Of a stretch of 56,464 bases of DNA, positions 18,322 to 28,900 are shown in pieces. The DNA comes from Candidatus Delongbacteria bacterium (GTDB lineage: Bacteria > JAGOEH01): positions 1-56,464 of the forward strand of contig JAGOEH010000001.1 in the NCBI GenBank assembly GCA_017997825.1, in the 5' to 3' direction. Position 1 is the stretch's first letter; the number at the start of each line of letters is the position of its first letter. Made by a program: the position numbers and the translations under genes. The notes below the pieces were generated by a model, which had not been told where the DNA came from, ran no database searches, and worked only from the letters and a program-made list of their open reading frames with translations.

Positions 18322-20469
18322 ATGACGACCCGGAACAAAGAAGACTATCAATTGAATGGATTTCTGCACGCCATTCGGGATACTGGGCATCCTCTTGATC
18401 TCGACATTATCAGTTATGCCTTTAAATTCAGTCAGGTCGTCCATTATGCCCAGCTCCGAAAATCCGGTGAGCCTTACTTTATTCACTGTTACCAAACTGC
18501 CTTGATTCTGGCGCAACTGATGATGGATACCGATACGGTTGTGGCCGGTCTCCTGCACGATACACTCGAGGATACCCAGGTTTCCAAGGAGGTTCTGACT
18601 GATCTTTTCGGCGAAGAAATTGCATTTCTGGTCGAAGGGGTCACCAAGTTTAAAACAATCAAGTACCAGAATATCCATGAAAATGTCACCGAGAACTTTC
18701 TGAAGCTGTTCATGGCGATGGCTCAGGACCCCCGCGTCATTATCATTAAATGCGCCGATCGCCTCCATAACATGAGGACCCTGGAACACCTCAAACCGAG
18801 ACGCCAGGTGGAAATTGCCCGGGAAACCATGGATATCTATGCCCCCTTAGCTCACCGGTTTGGAATCGGCCAGATGAAGTGGGAACTGGAGGATCTGGCA
18901 TTTAAATACCTTTATCCCGACGAATATCTCCAGCTTGTCAACGATATCAATGAAAAACGGGAAGTCCGGGAAGAATCCCTGCGCCAGATCATCGACCCGA
19001 TCCGGCGCGAACTGGAAAAGAACTCCCTCTCCATTCATATCAGCAGCCGTCCCAAACATCTGTGGAGTGTATTTCTTAAAATGAAATCCAAGGGATACTC
19101 CTTAGACCGGGTCTTCGATTTACTGGCGATCCGGATCATCACCACCAGCAAAGAACAATGCTATTATGCTATGGGTATTATTCACAGTCTGTATAAACCA
19201 ATCCATGAACGGTTCAAAGATTATATCGCCAATCCCAAAAGCAATCTTTATCAATCAATCCATACCACCATTATGACCAACGATGGCCGGGCTATCGAGA
19301 TCCAAATCAGAACCCAGGAAATGCACCGGGTCGCCGAAATCGGAATCGCCGCCCATTGGCAGTATAAGGAGGGAAAGTCCAAAATATCCGAAATGGAACG
19401 GAAAAAGGTGGAATGGATTCGCCAATTGATCGAATGGCATCAGTTATCTCATAGTCAGGATGAATTCATTAAGGCCCTCAAAGACGAAGTCTATGAACAA
19501 GAGATATTCGTGTTTACCCCCAAAGGGCATCCGATGAATTTTATCCTGGGAGCCACCGTTCTGGATTTTGCCTTTGCTATCCATACCGATGTCGGAATCC
19601 ATTGCAGCGGCGCTAAAATCAATAATAAGATCGTTCCTCTAAACACTGAACTGAAAAACAATGACAGTATCGAAATTATCACCTCGCCCCATAAAACCCC
19701 CAGCCGGGATTGGCTGGACATGGTCAAAACCATCCGCGCCAAAAGCAAAATCAAGAACTGGTTCAAAAAAGAGGGATTGGCTCAGGCCCAACAGATCGGA
19801 CACGGCATTTTTGAACAACACATCAAACGAAGCCGCCTGACCATGCCCACCGATACGGAATTGCTGTCGGCCTTCAACGCCTATGGATATAATGAGCTTT
19901 CCTTGGGTTTCGCCGCCATAGGGAATGGGGATCTTTCGATCGTTACACTTCTGAACCGCTTGTTCCCTAAAGACCAGATGGTCAAGCCGGAAAGCCGGCT
20001 CCAAAAAATACTGGACTTTACTCGCCGGGAATCGAAGGGAATCCGGATCGAATCCATCGAAAACGTGATGTACCATTTTGCGAAGTGCTGTCAACCCATT
20101 CCCGGTGATTCCATCATCGGTTTTATCAGCCGCGGCCGCGGAATTGTCATCCATAAGTCGGATTGCCCCAATATCACCTCCATTATGGCGCAGGAGGATA
20201 GGATTATCCATGTGATCTGGGATGTCTCTGGGAATGAATTCTTCACCGGCCATGTCAAGGTCCAAAGCAAAAGCAATCCCAACCTCCTCAGCGATATTTC
20301 CCATATCGTTACCGATCTGGAGTCCAAACTGCTACAGCTGAAAATGGAAGAAGAAAGCTATAATATGACAATCGATATCGTGATCGAAATTAAAAATCTA
20401 ACCCATCTTTCCAAGATTATCTCCAAAATTAAAAAACTGAAGGGCATCTATCAGGTCAATCGGATATAG
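18322..20469 (+). CDS. rel: bifunctional (p)ppGpp synthetase/hydrolase (RelA/SpoT homologue)
   Basis: HD hydrolase motif LLHDTLEDT, synthetase motifs DLLAIRIIT and YQSIHTT, TGS (IFVFTPKG) and a C-terminal ACT-like domain. Confidence 0.95.
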   Translation: MTTRNKEDYQLNGFLHAIRDTGHPLDLDIISYAFKFSQVVHYAQLRKSGEPYFIHCYQTALILAQLMMDTDTVVAGLLHDTLEDTQVSKEVLTDLFGEEIAFLVEGVTKFKTIKYQNIHENVTENFLKLFMAMAQDPRVIIIKCADRLHNMRTLEHLKPRRQVEIARETMDIYAPLAHRFGIGQMKWELEDLAFKYLYPDEYLQLVNDINEKREVREESLRQIIDPIRRELEKNSLSIHISSRPKHLWSVFLKMKSKGYSLDRVFDLLAIRIITTSKEQCYYAMGIIHSLYKPIHERFKDYIANPKSNLYQSIHTTIMTNDGRAIEIQIRTQEMHRVAEIGIAAHWQYKEGKSKISEMERKKVEWIRQLIEWHQLSHSQDEFIKALKDEVYEQEIFVFTPKGHPMNFILGATVLDFAFAIHTDVGIHCSGAKINNKIVPLNTELKNNDSIEIITSPHKTPSRDWLDMVKTIRAKSKIKNWFKKEGLAQAQQIGHGIFEQHIKRSRLTMPTDTELLSAFNAYGYNELSLGFAAIGNGDLSIVTLLNRLFPKDQMVKPESRLQKILDFTRRESKGIRIESIENVMYHFAKCCQPIPGDSIIGFISRGRGIVIHKSDCPNITSIMAQEDRIIHVIWDVSGNEFFTGHVKVQSKSNPNLLSDISHIVTDLESKLLQLKMEEESYNMTIDIVIEIKNLTHLSKIISKIKKLKGIYQVNRI

Positions 20470-20491
20470 ACCGATCAGGATAATTTTTTAC

Positions 20492-20520
20492 TTGACTTTT
20501 AATCTGTATTTCATTATATA
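20492..20520 (+). promoter_or_regulatory. candidate promoter of the STAS gene
   Basis: TTGACT, 17-nt spacer, TATATA. Confidence 0.45.
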
Positions 20521-20630
20521 TGGTAAATAAATAATCGGTGAATGCGAATTCTGAATCCACGTATTCGTCATGTTGATTGGTTGTATTGTAGTGTGTATTG
20601 GTTTTATAACCGGCCTAACTGGGAGATCGA

Positions 20631-20969
20631 ATGGTACTGACATCGTCTAAAAACGGCAATGTCGTTATCGTCGAGGTTCATGAGGACATAAATTTTGAGA
20701 ATACCCGGGAGTTGAAGACCTATGTCAGGCAAATGATTGATAAAGAGCAAAGCGTGAACTTTATCATCAATCTCAAGCCGGTTAGTTTTATTGACAGTTC
20801 GGGATTGGGAACCCTGGTTTCGTTGTTGGCTTTACTGAGGAAAGTCAATGGACAAATGAAGCTGGTGGGAATCAATCAGACGATGGATGAGCTTTTCAAG
20901 CTGACCCGGCTCGATGCTTTTTTTGAAATATACTCCAATACTCAGGATGCCCTGGATTCTTTTTTATAA
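20631..20969 (+). CDS. STAS-domain anti-sigma-factor antagonist (SpoIIAA-like)
   Basis: VSFIDSSGLGTLVSLL contains the conserved phosphorylatable Ser motif. The 112-aa size is typical. Confidence 0.8.
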   Translation: MVLTSSKNGNVVIVEVHEDINFENTRELKTYVRQMIDKEQSVNFIINLKPVSFIDSSGLGTLVSLLALLRKVNGQMKLVGINQTMDELFKLTRLDAFFEIYSNTQDALDSFL

Positions 20970-21048
20970 CGGCTTTATACGGTCGATAAGGCTGGTGCGA
21001 TAGCGATACCATAAGCTTAATATTTTAATCCAGACAGGAACAGCACGG

Positions 21049-21504
21049 ATGGACTTTTATCTTAATCAGTTAAAAGACAAAGTCATGCCTCTTTTGGAAG
21101 CTCATCATTATCAATTGTATAAGTTGTTGTTGGTACCTTTGAAGCGCCGTCTGCTGATCCGCGTCTTCATCGAGAATGATGCCGGAATTACGGTTGGTGA
21201 TTGTGAGAAAGTCAGTCGATTGATCAATGATATGATATTTACGGAAAACCTGGTGGAATCGGCTTATGTGTTGGAAGTGAGCTCTCCGGGAATTGACAGA
21301 CCCTTGGAAAAGCTCAAGGATTTTCAGCGAAATATCGGCCGAAAATTGCGGGTGTTCTACCAGCAATCCGATCAGGCCCATTCAGCCGAAGGAATATTGG
21401 AAGAGGCTGCGGATTCAGGAATCCGAATCGACCGGGGAAAGAAAGGCTCACTAAGTCTGGAATTCTCGCAGATCACCAAAGCGAATGTATTACCTAAATT
21501 TTAA
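21049..21504 (+). CDS. rimP: ribosome maturation factor RimP
   Basis: LEVSSPGIDRPL motif. Position upstream of nusA. Confidence 0.85.
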   Translation: MDFYLNQLKDKVMPLLEAHHYQLYKLLLVPLKRRLLIRVFIENDAGITVGDCEKVSRLINDMIFTENLVESAYVLEVSSPGIDRPLEKLKDFQRNIGRKLRVFYQQSDQAHSAEGILEEAADSGIRIDRGKKGSLSLEFSQITKANVLPKF

Positions 21505-21519
21505 AAGGAGTATAACAGG

Positions 21520-22767
21520 ATGAGTTTATCCTTAGTTGATATCTTGACGGAAATTGCCAAGGAAAAGGGGATTAAATTTGATTTAGTCATAAAAGCATTT
21601 AAAGAAGTGATTATGATGGCGATCCGGAAAAAATATTTGTATGTGGATGACATTCGATTGGATGTGAACCCGCTGACCGGTGAGATTAAAATATTCATGC
21701 AGAAAAAAGTGGTGAATTTTGTTACCCGGGATGGGGCTGAAATAACGGTATCGGAAGCTCGAAGCCATAAGATCAATCCTCAGCCGGGAGATGTGGTGGA
21801 GGTTGAGCTGCCCTTTTCCGAGCTGGGTCGTAACGCCGCCATCACCGCTAAACAAGCCTTGCTGAATAAAGTCAGAGAAGTCGAAAAGGAATCGATCGCC
21901 GATGAGGTTAGCCAGCGGATCGGAGAGCTGTTCACCGGCACGGTCCAGAAAATTGAACCGGGATATGTCCTGTTGACCTCAGGAAAGGCAGAATTCAATC
22001 TGCCCTCCAAAGAACAGATTCCCGGTGAACTCTACACCGTGGGGCAGCCGGTTCGCTTTGTGCTTTCCCATATTCAGCGCTCCCCTCATGGCTCCATGTT
22101 GATCGGTTCGCGAGCGTCCGCCCAGTTCCTCAAATCGATGCTGGAAATCGAGATCCCGGAAGTCTTCGAAGGAGCCGTTCGAATTAAAAAAGTTGTCCGC
22201 GAAGCCGGTATCAAATCGAAAATCGCGGTCTATTCCGATATTGAAAAGATCGACCCGGTCGGGGCCTGCGTCGGGATGCGCGGCGCCCGTATCCAGGCCA
22301 TTATGGAACAACTCAATCATGAGCGAATGGACGTCCTGTTGTGGTCGAGCGATACCACCGTACTGGCCCTGCGTGCCTTGACTCCGGGAAAACCCAAGGA
22401 CGTCATTTTTGACCGGGAACATAACCGATTAAAAGCAATTATCCCGGATGACCAAGTTTCGATCACCCTTGGGAAAGGTAAAGCCAATCTTAAGCTGGCC
22501 AGCCAACTGGTTGGCTATCCGATTGACCTGATTCGTGAATCTGAATACCAAAAGCAGAAAGAAAGGGAAAGCGACCATATCATCGATATCCATGAAATCT
22601 CCGGTATCGGTCAACGCACCATCGATAAGCTAATCAGCGCCGGATTTGATACGGTTCAAGATCTGATGTCCGGAGATGAAGATGCCCTGATGGCTATCCC
22701 CGGATTAGGAGAAAAAACCATTAGAAAGATTTTAGATAATGCGAAAGAGCTTTTGGATAACGCTTAA
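21520..22767 (+). CDS. nusA: transcription termination/antitermination factor NusA
   Basis: S1 domain (FTGTVQKIEPGYVLL), KH motif DPVGACVGMRGARIQAI, and C-terminal HhH repeats. Confidence 0.95.
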   Translation: MSLSLVDILTEIAKEKGIKFDLVIKAFKEVIMMAIRKKYLYVDDIRLDVNPLTGEIKIFMQKKVVNFVTRDGAEITVSEARSHKINPQPGDVVEVELPFSELGRNAAITAKQALLNKVREVEKESIADEVSQRIGELFTGTVQKIEPGYVLLTSGKAEFNLPSKEQIPGELYTVGQPVRFVLSHIQRSPHGSMLIGSRASAQFLKSMLEIEIPEVFEGAVRIKKVVREAGIKSKIAVYSDIEKIDPVGACVGMRGARIQAIMEQLNHERMDVLLWSSDTTVLALRALTPGKPKDVIFDREHNRLKAIIPDDQVSITLGKGKANLKLASQLVGYPIDLIRESEYQKQKERESDHIIDIHEISGIGQRTIDKLISAGFDTVQDLMSGDEDALMAIPGLGEKTIRKILDNAKELLDNA

Positions 22768-22791
22768 CATTATTCAAGGAGTGATTTTTCA

Positions 22792-25014
22792 GTGAAACGA
22801 ATATATCAGATAGCCAAAGAATACAATATTTCAAGTAAAGCCATCATCGATATGCTTCATGCCATGAATATCGATGTCAAGAATCACATGAGCGTCGTTC
22901 CGGACGATATCCTCGATAAGATTAAGGCCAAGTTTCAGCAGGAAGTCGATTCCGTTAAAAAAAGCTATGAAAAGATCAAGCTGCTGCACACCGAGGAGGA
23001 GGTCAAACCGGAGAAGCCGGCCTCCGAAACGGAAGATGTCTATGATGAGGATCAAATCAAGCTGGCTAAAACCGAAAAGGTCGATAAGTTCAAAAAAGCC
23101 AAGAAATTTGAAAAGGGCAAAATTTTTAAAGGGGTAGTTAAAAAGGATATCGTCAAAGACGAGAGCGAGATCAAAGAGAGTATCAAAAAAACCATGGCCA
23201 AGATGAGCCAGGGCCGGAAACTCAAAAAGTACAAGAAAAGTTCCGATGAGATCCAGGAAATGATCGAAGACAGTCATCTGATTCAAGTCCCTGAATTTAT
23301 CTCTACCGGAGAACTGGCTACCGTGCTGGGGGTTGACCCATCGCAGCTGATCAGCAAATCGCTGGAATTGGGAATCATGGCGACCATCAACCAACGGCTG
23401 GATATGGATCTGATTACCCTCCTGGCCGGCGAATTCGGGTTTGAAGTTCAGAAGCAAATGGAACTGGAGCTCGATGAGGAAGAGGAGTTTGAGGAAGACG
23501 ATGAACAGGAGATCCGTCCGCCGATCGTGACCATCATGGGCCATGTCGATCATGGGAAAACAACCCTGTTGGATCATATCCGCAAATCGAATGTCGTCAG
23601 CACCGAATCGGGCGGGATTACCCAGCATATTGGCGCGTACCAGGTTTTTTTGAAGGATAAGCGGATCACCTTCATCGATACCCCGGGCCATGAAGCCTTT
23701 ACCGCGATGCGGGCCCGTGGGGCTCAGATCACCGATATTGTAGTGTTGGTGGTCGCAGCCGACGATGGAATCATGCCGCGGACCGAAGAGGCGATCAACC
23801 ATGCCCGGGCCGCCGGAGTGCCCATTATTGTGGCTATCAACAAAATCGATCTCCCGAGCGCCAATCTGGACCGCACCAAGCAACAACTGGCTGATCACGG
23901 CCTCACGGTTGAAGAGTGGGGCGGCGATACCCTGGCGGTTCCCATCAGCGCTAAAAAGGGAATCAATATTGATAAATTATTGGAGATGATCCTGCTGGTA
24001 GCCGAATTGTCCGAACTGAAAGGGAATCCGGAAAAATTCGCGACCGGCGTCATTGTAGAAGCCAAACTGGATAAAGGCCGGGGACCGGTCGGAACCCTGC
24101 TGGTCCAAAATGGTACCTTGCATATTGGGGATAATTTTGTTTGCGGGTATGGATACGGTAAAATCAGAGCGATGTACGATGATCGCGGACAACGGATCAA
24201 TGAGGCCGGAATCTCTCAGCCCGTCCAGATCGTCGGTTTCTCCATGATTCCCAACGCCGGTGATAAGTTCAATGTGGTCGAATCGGAAACCGTGGCCAAA
24301 CAGATCGCTAATAAACGAATGCAGCTTAAACGGGAACGGGATTTCCGTACCAAGAACAAGATTTCGCTGGAAAACCTGTATGATAAAATTAAAAGCGGAG
24401 AGGCTAAAGAACTCAATATCGTCATCAAGGCCGATGTGGATGGATCCATCGAGGCCATTGACGACTCACTCAAGAAACTCTCCAACCCGGAAGTCAAAAT
24501 CAATATCATCCATAAAGGAGTGGGAGGCATCAATGATGCCGATATTATGCTGGCCTCCGCTTCCAATGCCCTGATCCTTGGATTCCGGGTTCGTCCCTCC
24601 GGTGCGATCAAGGAATTGGCCAATAAAGAAAATATCAGTATCCGCACCTATGAAATCATCTATGATGTCATCAATGATATTGAGGCCAGTCTCAAAGGAA
24701 TGCTGGCTCCCATCTATGAAGAGATCTCGGTCGGTGAATGCATCGTTCGGGATACCTTCCATATTCCCAAGGTTGGTACCGTGGCCGGCTGTTATGTCCG
24801 CAGCGGAACCATTCGCCGTAATACCAAGGTGCGCATCGTTCGCGACGGCGTCATCCTATACCAGGGCGGACTCGGATCGCTCAAACGCTTCAAGGAAGAT
24901 GTCCGGGAAGTCGGTACCGGCTATGAATGCGGCCTGAAAGTCGAAGGCTTTAATGATATCAAAGTCGGCGATCTGATTGAACAATTTGAGAAAAAAGAGA
25001 TCAAACGACAGTAA
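22792..25014 (+). CDS. infB: translation initiation factor IF-2
   Basis: G-domain motifs [24 protein letters not shown] and NKID. GTG start. Lys/Glu-rich N-terminal region. Confidence 0.97.
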   Translation: MKRIYQIAKEYNISSKAIIDMLHAMNIDVKNHMSVVPDDILDKIKAKFQQEVDSVKKSYEKIKLLHTEEEVKPEKPASETEDVYDEDQIKLAKTEKVDKFKKAKKFEKGKIFKGVVKKDIVKDESEIKESIKKTMAKMSQGRKLKKYKKSSDEIQEMIEDSHLIQVPEFISTGELATVLGVDPSQLISKSLELGIMATINQRLDMDLITLLAGEFGFEVQKQMELELDEEEEFEEDDEQEIRPPIVTIMGHVDHGKTTLLDHIRKSNVVSTESGGITQHIGAYQVFLKDKRITFIDTPGHEAFTAMRARGAQITDIVVLVVAADDGIMPRTEEAINHARAAGVPIIVAINKIDLPSANLDRTKQQLADHGLTVEEWGGDTLAVPISAKKGINIDKLLEMILLVAELSELKGNPEKFATGVIVEAKLDKGRGPVGTLLVQNGTLHIGDNFVCGYGYGKIRAMYDDRGQRINEAGISQPVQIVGFSMIPNAGDKFNVVESETVAKQIANKRMQLKRERDFRTKNKISLENLYDKIKSGEAKELNIVIKADVDGSIEAIDDSLKKLSNPEVKINIIHKGVGGINDADIMLASASNALILGFRVRPSGAIKELANKENISIRTYEIIYDVINDIEASLKGMLAPIYEEISVGECIVRDTFHIPKVGTVAGCYVRSGTIRRNTKVRIVRDGVILYQGGLGSLKRFKEDVREVGTGYECGLKVEGFNDIKVGDLIEQFEKKEIKRQ

Positions 25015-25035
25015 ACATTCAATGGAGAAGATACT

Positions 25036-25317
25036 ATGACAATCGGTGTTTGTATCTTTGAAATTCATTTTCCCGAAAGCAACTCGCTGAAAAAGAAACG
25101 GTATCATTTGAAAGGACTTAAAACCAAAATCCGTAATAAATACAACGTGTCGCTGGCTGAGATCGATCATTTCGATCTGTGGCAAAAGGCGAAACTGGCT
25201 GCGGTGTGTGTCTCACCCGAGTCCAAATTCGCTAATGAAGTGCTCAATAACATGATCAATTTCATTAAGTTTAATGTAGAAGGCGAATTGATCGATTATA
25301 AAATTGAAATGATGTAG
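25036..25317 (+). CDS. DUF503 (YlxP-like) protein
   Basis: 93 aa, located between infB and rbfA as in Bacillus ylxP. N-terminal IGVCIFEIHFPESNSLKKKR pattern. Confidence 0.7.
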   Translation: MTIGVCIFEIHFPESNSLKKKRYHLKGLKTKIRNKYNVSLAEIDHFDLWQKAKLAAVCVSPESKFANEVLNNMINFIKFNVEGELIDYKIEMM

Positions 25318-25320
25318 CCC

Positions 25321-25695
25321 ATGGCCCCTCAATCGGTTGATCGTATTAAAAAAATCGACTCGCTGCTGTTGGAAACTCTGTCGGATATTGTCCGGCGGGA
25401 AGTCAAGGATCCAACCGCCGGAATCTTCTCACTGACTCAGGTCCGCACCAGCCGGGATCTGAAATACTCCAAAGTGATGGTTTCCGTCCTGGGCGAAGAT
25501 GAAACCCGTAACCATACCATCCAGATTCTGAATAAACTGGCCGGCTATTTCCGTCATCTGCTGAATGATAATGTCCATCTGCGAACCATCCCTCAATTGA
25601 CATTCATCCTGGACACATCGGTCGATTATAGTCAGAAGATCGAAGCCCTGATCCGCCAAACCAAAGAAAAACCGGTTCCGGACCATGAAGCTTGA
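25321..25695 (+). CDS. rbfA: ribosome-binding factor A
   Basis: Size, position after infB, and an N-terminal RIKKIDSLLLETLSDIV pattern. Confidence 0.88.
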   Translation: MAPQSVDRIKKIDSLLLETLSDIVRREVKDPTAGIFSLTQVRTSRDLKYSKVMVSVLGEDETRNHTIQILNKLAGYFRHLLNDNVHLRTIPQLTFILDTSVDYSQKIEALIRQTKEKPVPDHEA

Positions 25696-26668
25696 TCTGA
25701 TCCAAATCGTCCATCAACTGATCAACGCCGAAACCCAGAATATCCTGATTACCTCTCATGCCTTTCCGGATGGCGACTCCATTGCCTCTCAAGTGGCTCT
25801 GGCCTATTTGTTGAAACAGCTCAACAAAAATGTCATGATCTATAATCAGGACACTGTCCCGGAACGTTACCGCTATCTTCCCGGAAGCCAATGGATTCAA
25901 ACCGATTGGAATCCGGAATTCAATCCTCAGCTATTACTGGTTCTGGATGTATTGCCATGGGAACGGCTGGGTACGGTTCAGTGGATCCGGGATCTCCACT
26001 TGCCTTTGATTGTGCTGGATCACCATATTCATGACCACCCGATCGAGGAAGATCATTACATCGATCCGGGAATGGCGGCGACCGCCCAGATTATCTATCA
26101 ACTCTATTTGATCTCACAGTTGCCGATCTGCCGTGAAGCGGCGGATTGCCTTTATACCGGGATTCTGACCGATACCGGCCGCTTTCGATTCAGCAATACC
26201 TCGGCCGATATCCTCCAGATGGCCGCCGATCTGGTTCGCCATGGCGCTAATCCCGAAACAATTACCCGCGAAATTTACTTCAACCGCAATCCCTCTTTTC
26301 TGAAAAACCTGGGTAAAGTCCTCAATACCATCGAGATCGTTCCCGAATACCAATGCCTCTTCTGCCATTTTACCATGGATATGAACAATGGAATGCCGAT
26401 TCGCATGGAAGAAACCGAGGATATTATCGAATATGTCAATTGTCTGGAAAGCGTCAAGCTCTATATATTCATCAAAGAGTACAAATCCGGGGAGTTTAAA
26501 GTCAGTCTTCGCTCGCGGGATGAGGTGGATGCCCGAAATCTGGCGGTTTACTTCGGCGGGGGCGGGCATAAACATGCTTCCGGTGCCAAACTATCCGGTA
26601 ATCTTATTCAGGTCCGCGCCCAACTGATGGAACAACTGCACCGGGTCGGAACCAATCCTCCCCTGTGA
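25685..26668 (+). CDS. nrnA: DHH/DHHA1 phosphoesterase (NrnA-type oligoribonuclease / pAp phosphatase)
   Basis: HAFPDGDSIAS, VLDHH and GGGHKHASGA motifs. Confidence 0.8.
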   Translation: MKLDLIQIVHQLINAETQNILITSHAFPDGDSIASQVALAYLLKQLNKNVMIYNQDTVPERYRYLPGSQWIQTDWNPEFNPQLLLVLDVLPWERLGTVQWIRDLHLPLIVLDHHIHDHPIEEDHYIDPGMAATAQIIYQLYLISQLPICREAADCLYTGILTDTGRFRFSNTSADILQMAADLVRHGANPETITREIYFNRNPSFLKNLGKVLNTIEIVPEYQCLFCHFTMDMNNGMPIRMEETEDIIEYVNCLESVKLYIFIKEYKSGEFKVSLRSRDEVDARNLAVYFGGGGHKHASGAKLSGNLIQVRAQLMEQLHRVGTNPPL

Positions 26669-26672
26669 TCGA

Positions 26673-27590
26673 ATGAAGACCGGATTACTGCTGATTGACA
26701 AACCCCAGGAATGGACATCCTATGATATTATACGCTTTTTGAAACCGAAATTCAAACCCGGAAAAATCGGCCATGCCGGAACCCTCGACCCCTTAGCTAC
26801 GGGGCTGCTGCCGGTGGCTGTCGGGAATTCAACCAAATTGATCCCATTCATTCATCTGCTGAATAAGGAGTATGTCGCTGAAGCCCGGCTCGGGATAACC
26901 AGTGATACCTATGACATTACCGGCCGGGTGGAACAGGTTCCTGAAATCTTGATTCCCCGCCAGGATGAGGTGGAAGCGTGTCTGCGCGGATTCCTGGGAG
27001 AAACCATGCAGGTTCCCCCGCTTTATTCGGCACTCAAAATCAACGGCCGGCCGGCTTATCGCTACGCCCGGGGGGGACAGAATATCGAGCTGGCTCCCCG
27101 TCCAATCCGGATCGACCGGATTGATTTGCTGGAGTACACTTATCCCAGGGTGTATGTCCGGATCCGTTGCTCCAGCGGTACCTATATCCGCAGCCTGATT
27201 CATGATATGGGACGCTCGCTCCATTCCGGGGCCGTCATGACTTCCCTGATCCGAACCGCTATCGGACCCTTCCAACTTGAACAATCGATATCACCTACCC
27301 GGCAATTGACACCCGATCAATGGCGGGAACGATTGATCCCTCCCCGTCAAATCATTGGTTTTCTCCCGGAACTCGTTTTGCGGGATGATTTTCCTCTCGA
27401 AAACGGACTGCCCATTCAGCCCGTCGATATCCTCCACCTGCCGGATCATTCGGATCCCCCGTATGCCATTGTGCTGAAAAAAAAATCATCGACGACCATT
27501 TTAGCTATTGTCAAAGCGGAAAAAATAGATTATATTGATGTCTTGCAGTGGAAATACTGTTGTATTATTAACTATGACAGTGAAACGTGA
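26673..27590 (+). CDS. truB: tRNA pseudouridine(55) synthase
   Basis: Catalytic motif GHAGTLDPLATGLLPV. Confidence 0.93.
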   Translation: MKTGLLLIDKPQEWTSYDIIRFLKPKFKPGKIGHAGTLDPLATGLLPVAVGNSTKLIPFIHLLNKEYVAEARLGITSDTYDITGRVEQVPEILIPRQDEVEACLRGFLGETMQVPPLYSALKINGRPAYRYARGGQNIELAPRPIRIDRIDLLEYTYPRVYVRIRCSSGTYIRSLIHDMGRSLHSGAVMTSLIRTAIGPFQLEQSISPTRQLTPDQWRERLIPPRQIIGFLPELVLRDDFPLENGLPIQPVDILHLPDHSDPPYAIVLKKKSSTTILAIVKAEKIDYIDVLQWKYCCIINYDSET

Positions 27591-28547
27591 ATGGAAGTGA
27601 TCAATGGAATCCCGGCGGCTGGTTTTTATATCCCTAATGCCGCTCTGAGTATCGGTGTATTTGACGGCTTGCATCAGGGCCATCGGGAACTTCTGAACCA
27701 AGTGGTGGAGTTCTCCCGCCGGCATGAGCTGAAGAGCCTGGTGTTGACCTTCTCGGTATCCCCGGCCATGTTGATGTCCCGTCATATCCAGCCGGAGTTT
27801 TTAACTACCGAACGGGAAAAAGCCCAAATACTCGCCCAGCTTGGGATTGATTGGATGTGGTCCTTTCCATTCGATGAACAGATTCGCAACATGACTTACT
27901 TGGAGTTTTGGAAGGACCGGATTGATCGGTATATGCATGTGGCCGCCTATTTTTGCGGTGATGAGCATGCCTTTGGACGCGATAAGGGCGGAGATGTCAC
28001 TACCCTGACGGATCTGAGCCGACGCGAGGAATTTCAAATATTCCCTATCCATGTAGTCCAGGATCATCAGCTCAAGATCAGTTCATCCCATATCCGACAG
28101 TTGATCAAAGACGGCTATATTGACGAGGCTAATCAGCGTTTGGGTTACGCCTACCCGCTCCGCGGGCGGGTGGTGACCGGCGACGGATTGGGCCGAAAAC
28201 TCGGTTTTCCGACCGCCAATCTGACTCCCGAAACGAATAAACTGATTCCGGCTCCCGGTGTCTATGCCGGTCAGGCCGCGGTTCGACATGCCGTTTATTC
28301 ATGCTTGATCTACATCGGCCGCCGTCCCTCCATTCCTCACCGGGAAATGCCCGGCCCCGTCCGAATCGAATCCTATTTGCTCGATTTTGATCAGGATATC
28401 TATGGTGAAGAACTCGATCTCCAATTCTTTAGGAAAATCAGAGATGACAAGTTTTTTAATACGATTGATGCCTTACGCCACCAAATCAATCACGATGTGT
28501 CAGTATGTCGTCAACAACCGATCGGGTATCATGAGATGCCCCATTAA
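27591..28547 (+). CDS. ribF: bifunctional riboflavin kinase / FMN adenylyltransferase
   Basis: GVFDGLHQGH at the N-terminus and LGFPTANL in the kinase half. Confidence 0.93.
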   Translation: MEVINGIPAAGFYIPNAALSIGVFDGLHQGHRELLNQVVEFSRRHELKSLVLTFSVSPAMLMSRHIQPEFLTTEREKAQILAQLGIDWMWSFPFDEQIRNMTYLEFWKDRIDRYMHVAAYFCGDEHAFGRDKGGDVTTLTDLSRREEFQIFPIHVVQDHQLKISSSHIRQLIKDGYIDEANQRLGYAYPLRGRVVTGDGLGRKLGFPTANLTPETNKLIPAPGVYAGQAAVRHAVYSCLIYIGRRPSIPHREMPGPVRIESYLLDFDQDIYGEELDLQFFRKIRDDKFFNTIDALRHQINHDVSVCRQQPIGYHEMPH

Positions 28548-28564
28548 CAAGGAGGAATGCTTAA

Positions 28565-28831
28565 ATGCTTACTCAGGAAGCTAAACAGGAAATCATCCGA
28601 AAATATGGACAGAATGAAAGCGATACCGGTTCGCCTGAAGTGCAGATCGCACTTCTGACCGCCCGGATCGTCTATCTGACGGAACACTTCAAAACACACA
28701 AAAAAGATTTCCATTCCCGGAGAGGACTGCTGCGGATGGTCGGACAGCGCCGTAATCTGCTCGGTTATCTGAAAAGTATTGAAGTCGAGCGCTATCAGAA
28801 AATCGTAAGCGCTTTAGGATTGAGAAAGTAA
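28565..28831 (+). CDS. rpsO: 30S ribosomal protein S15
   Basis: 88 aa, [19 protein letters not shown] signature, located upstream of pnp. Confidence 0.97.
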   Translation: MLTQEAKQEIIRKYGQNESDTGSPEVQIALLTARIVYLTEHFKTHKKDFHSRRGLLRMVGQRRNLLGYLKSIEVERYQKIVSALGLRK

Positions 28832-28900
28832 AAGCTGATGAACGATCACTATCTTAAGATAATTGGAAGATAGGTCTTAGAATCAAGTTAAGGAGAAAAA

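Noticed and set aside
22831-23898. 355-aa ORF antisense to infB.
   Set aside because: It lies entirely inside the unmistakable IF-2 gene on the opposite strand. Its composition is repetitive (L, F, D and I-rich, mirroring the Lys/Glu-rich IF-2 N-terminus). I treat it as a shadow ORF.
28849-28873. AU-rich 7-bp hairpin (CTATCTT/AAGATAG) in the rpsO-pnp spacer, considered as an RNase III autoregulatory site.
   Set aside because: The stem is short and weak, so I cannot distinguish it from chance in this AT-rich spacer.
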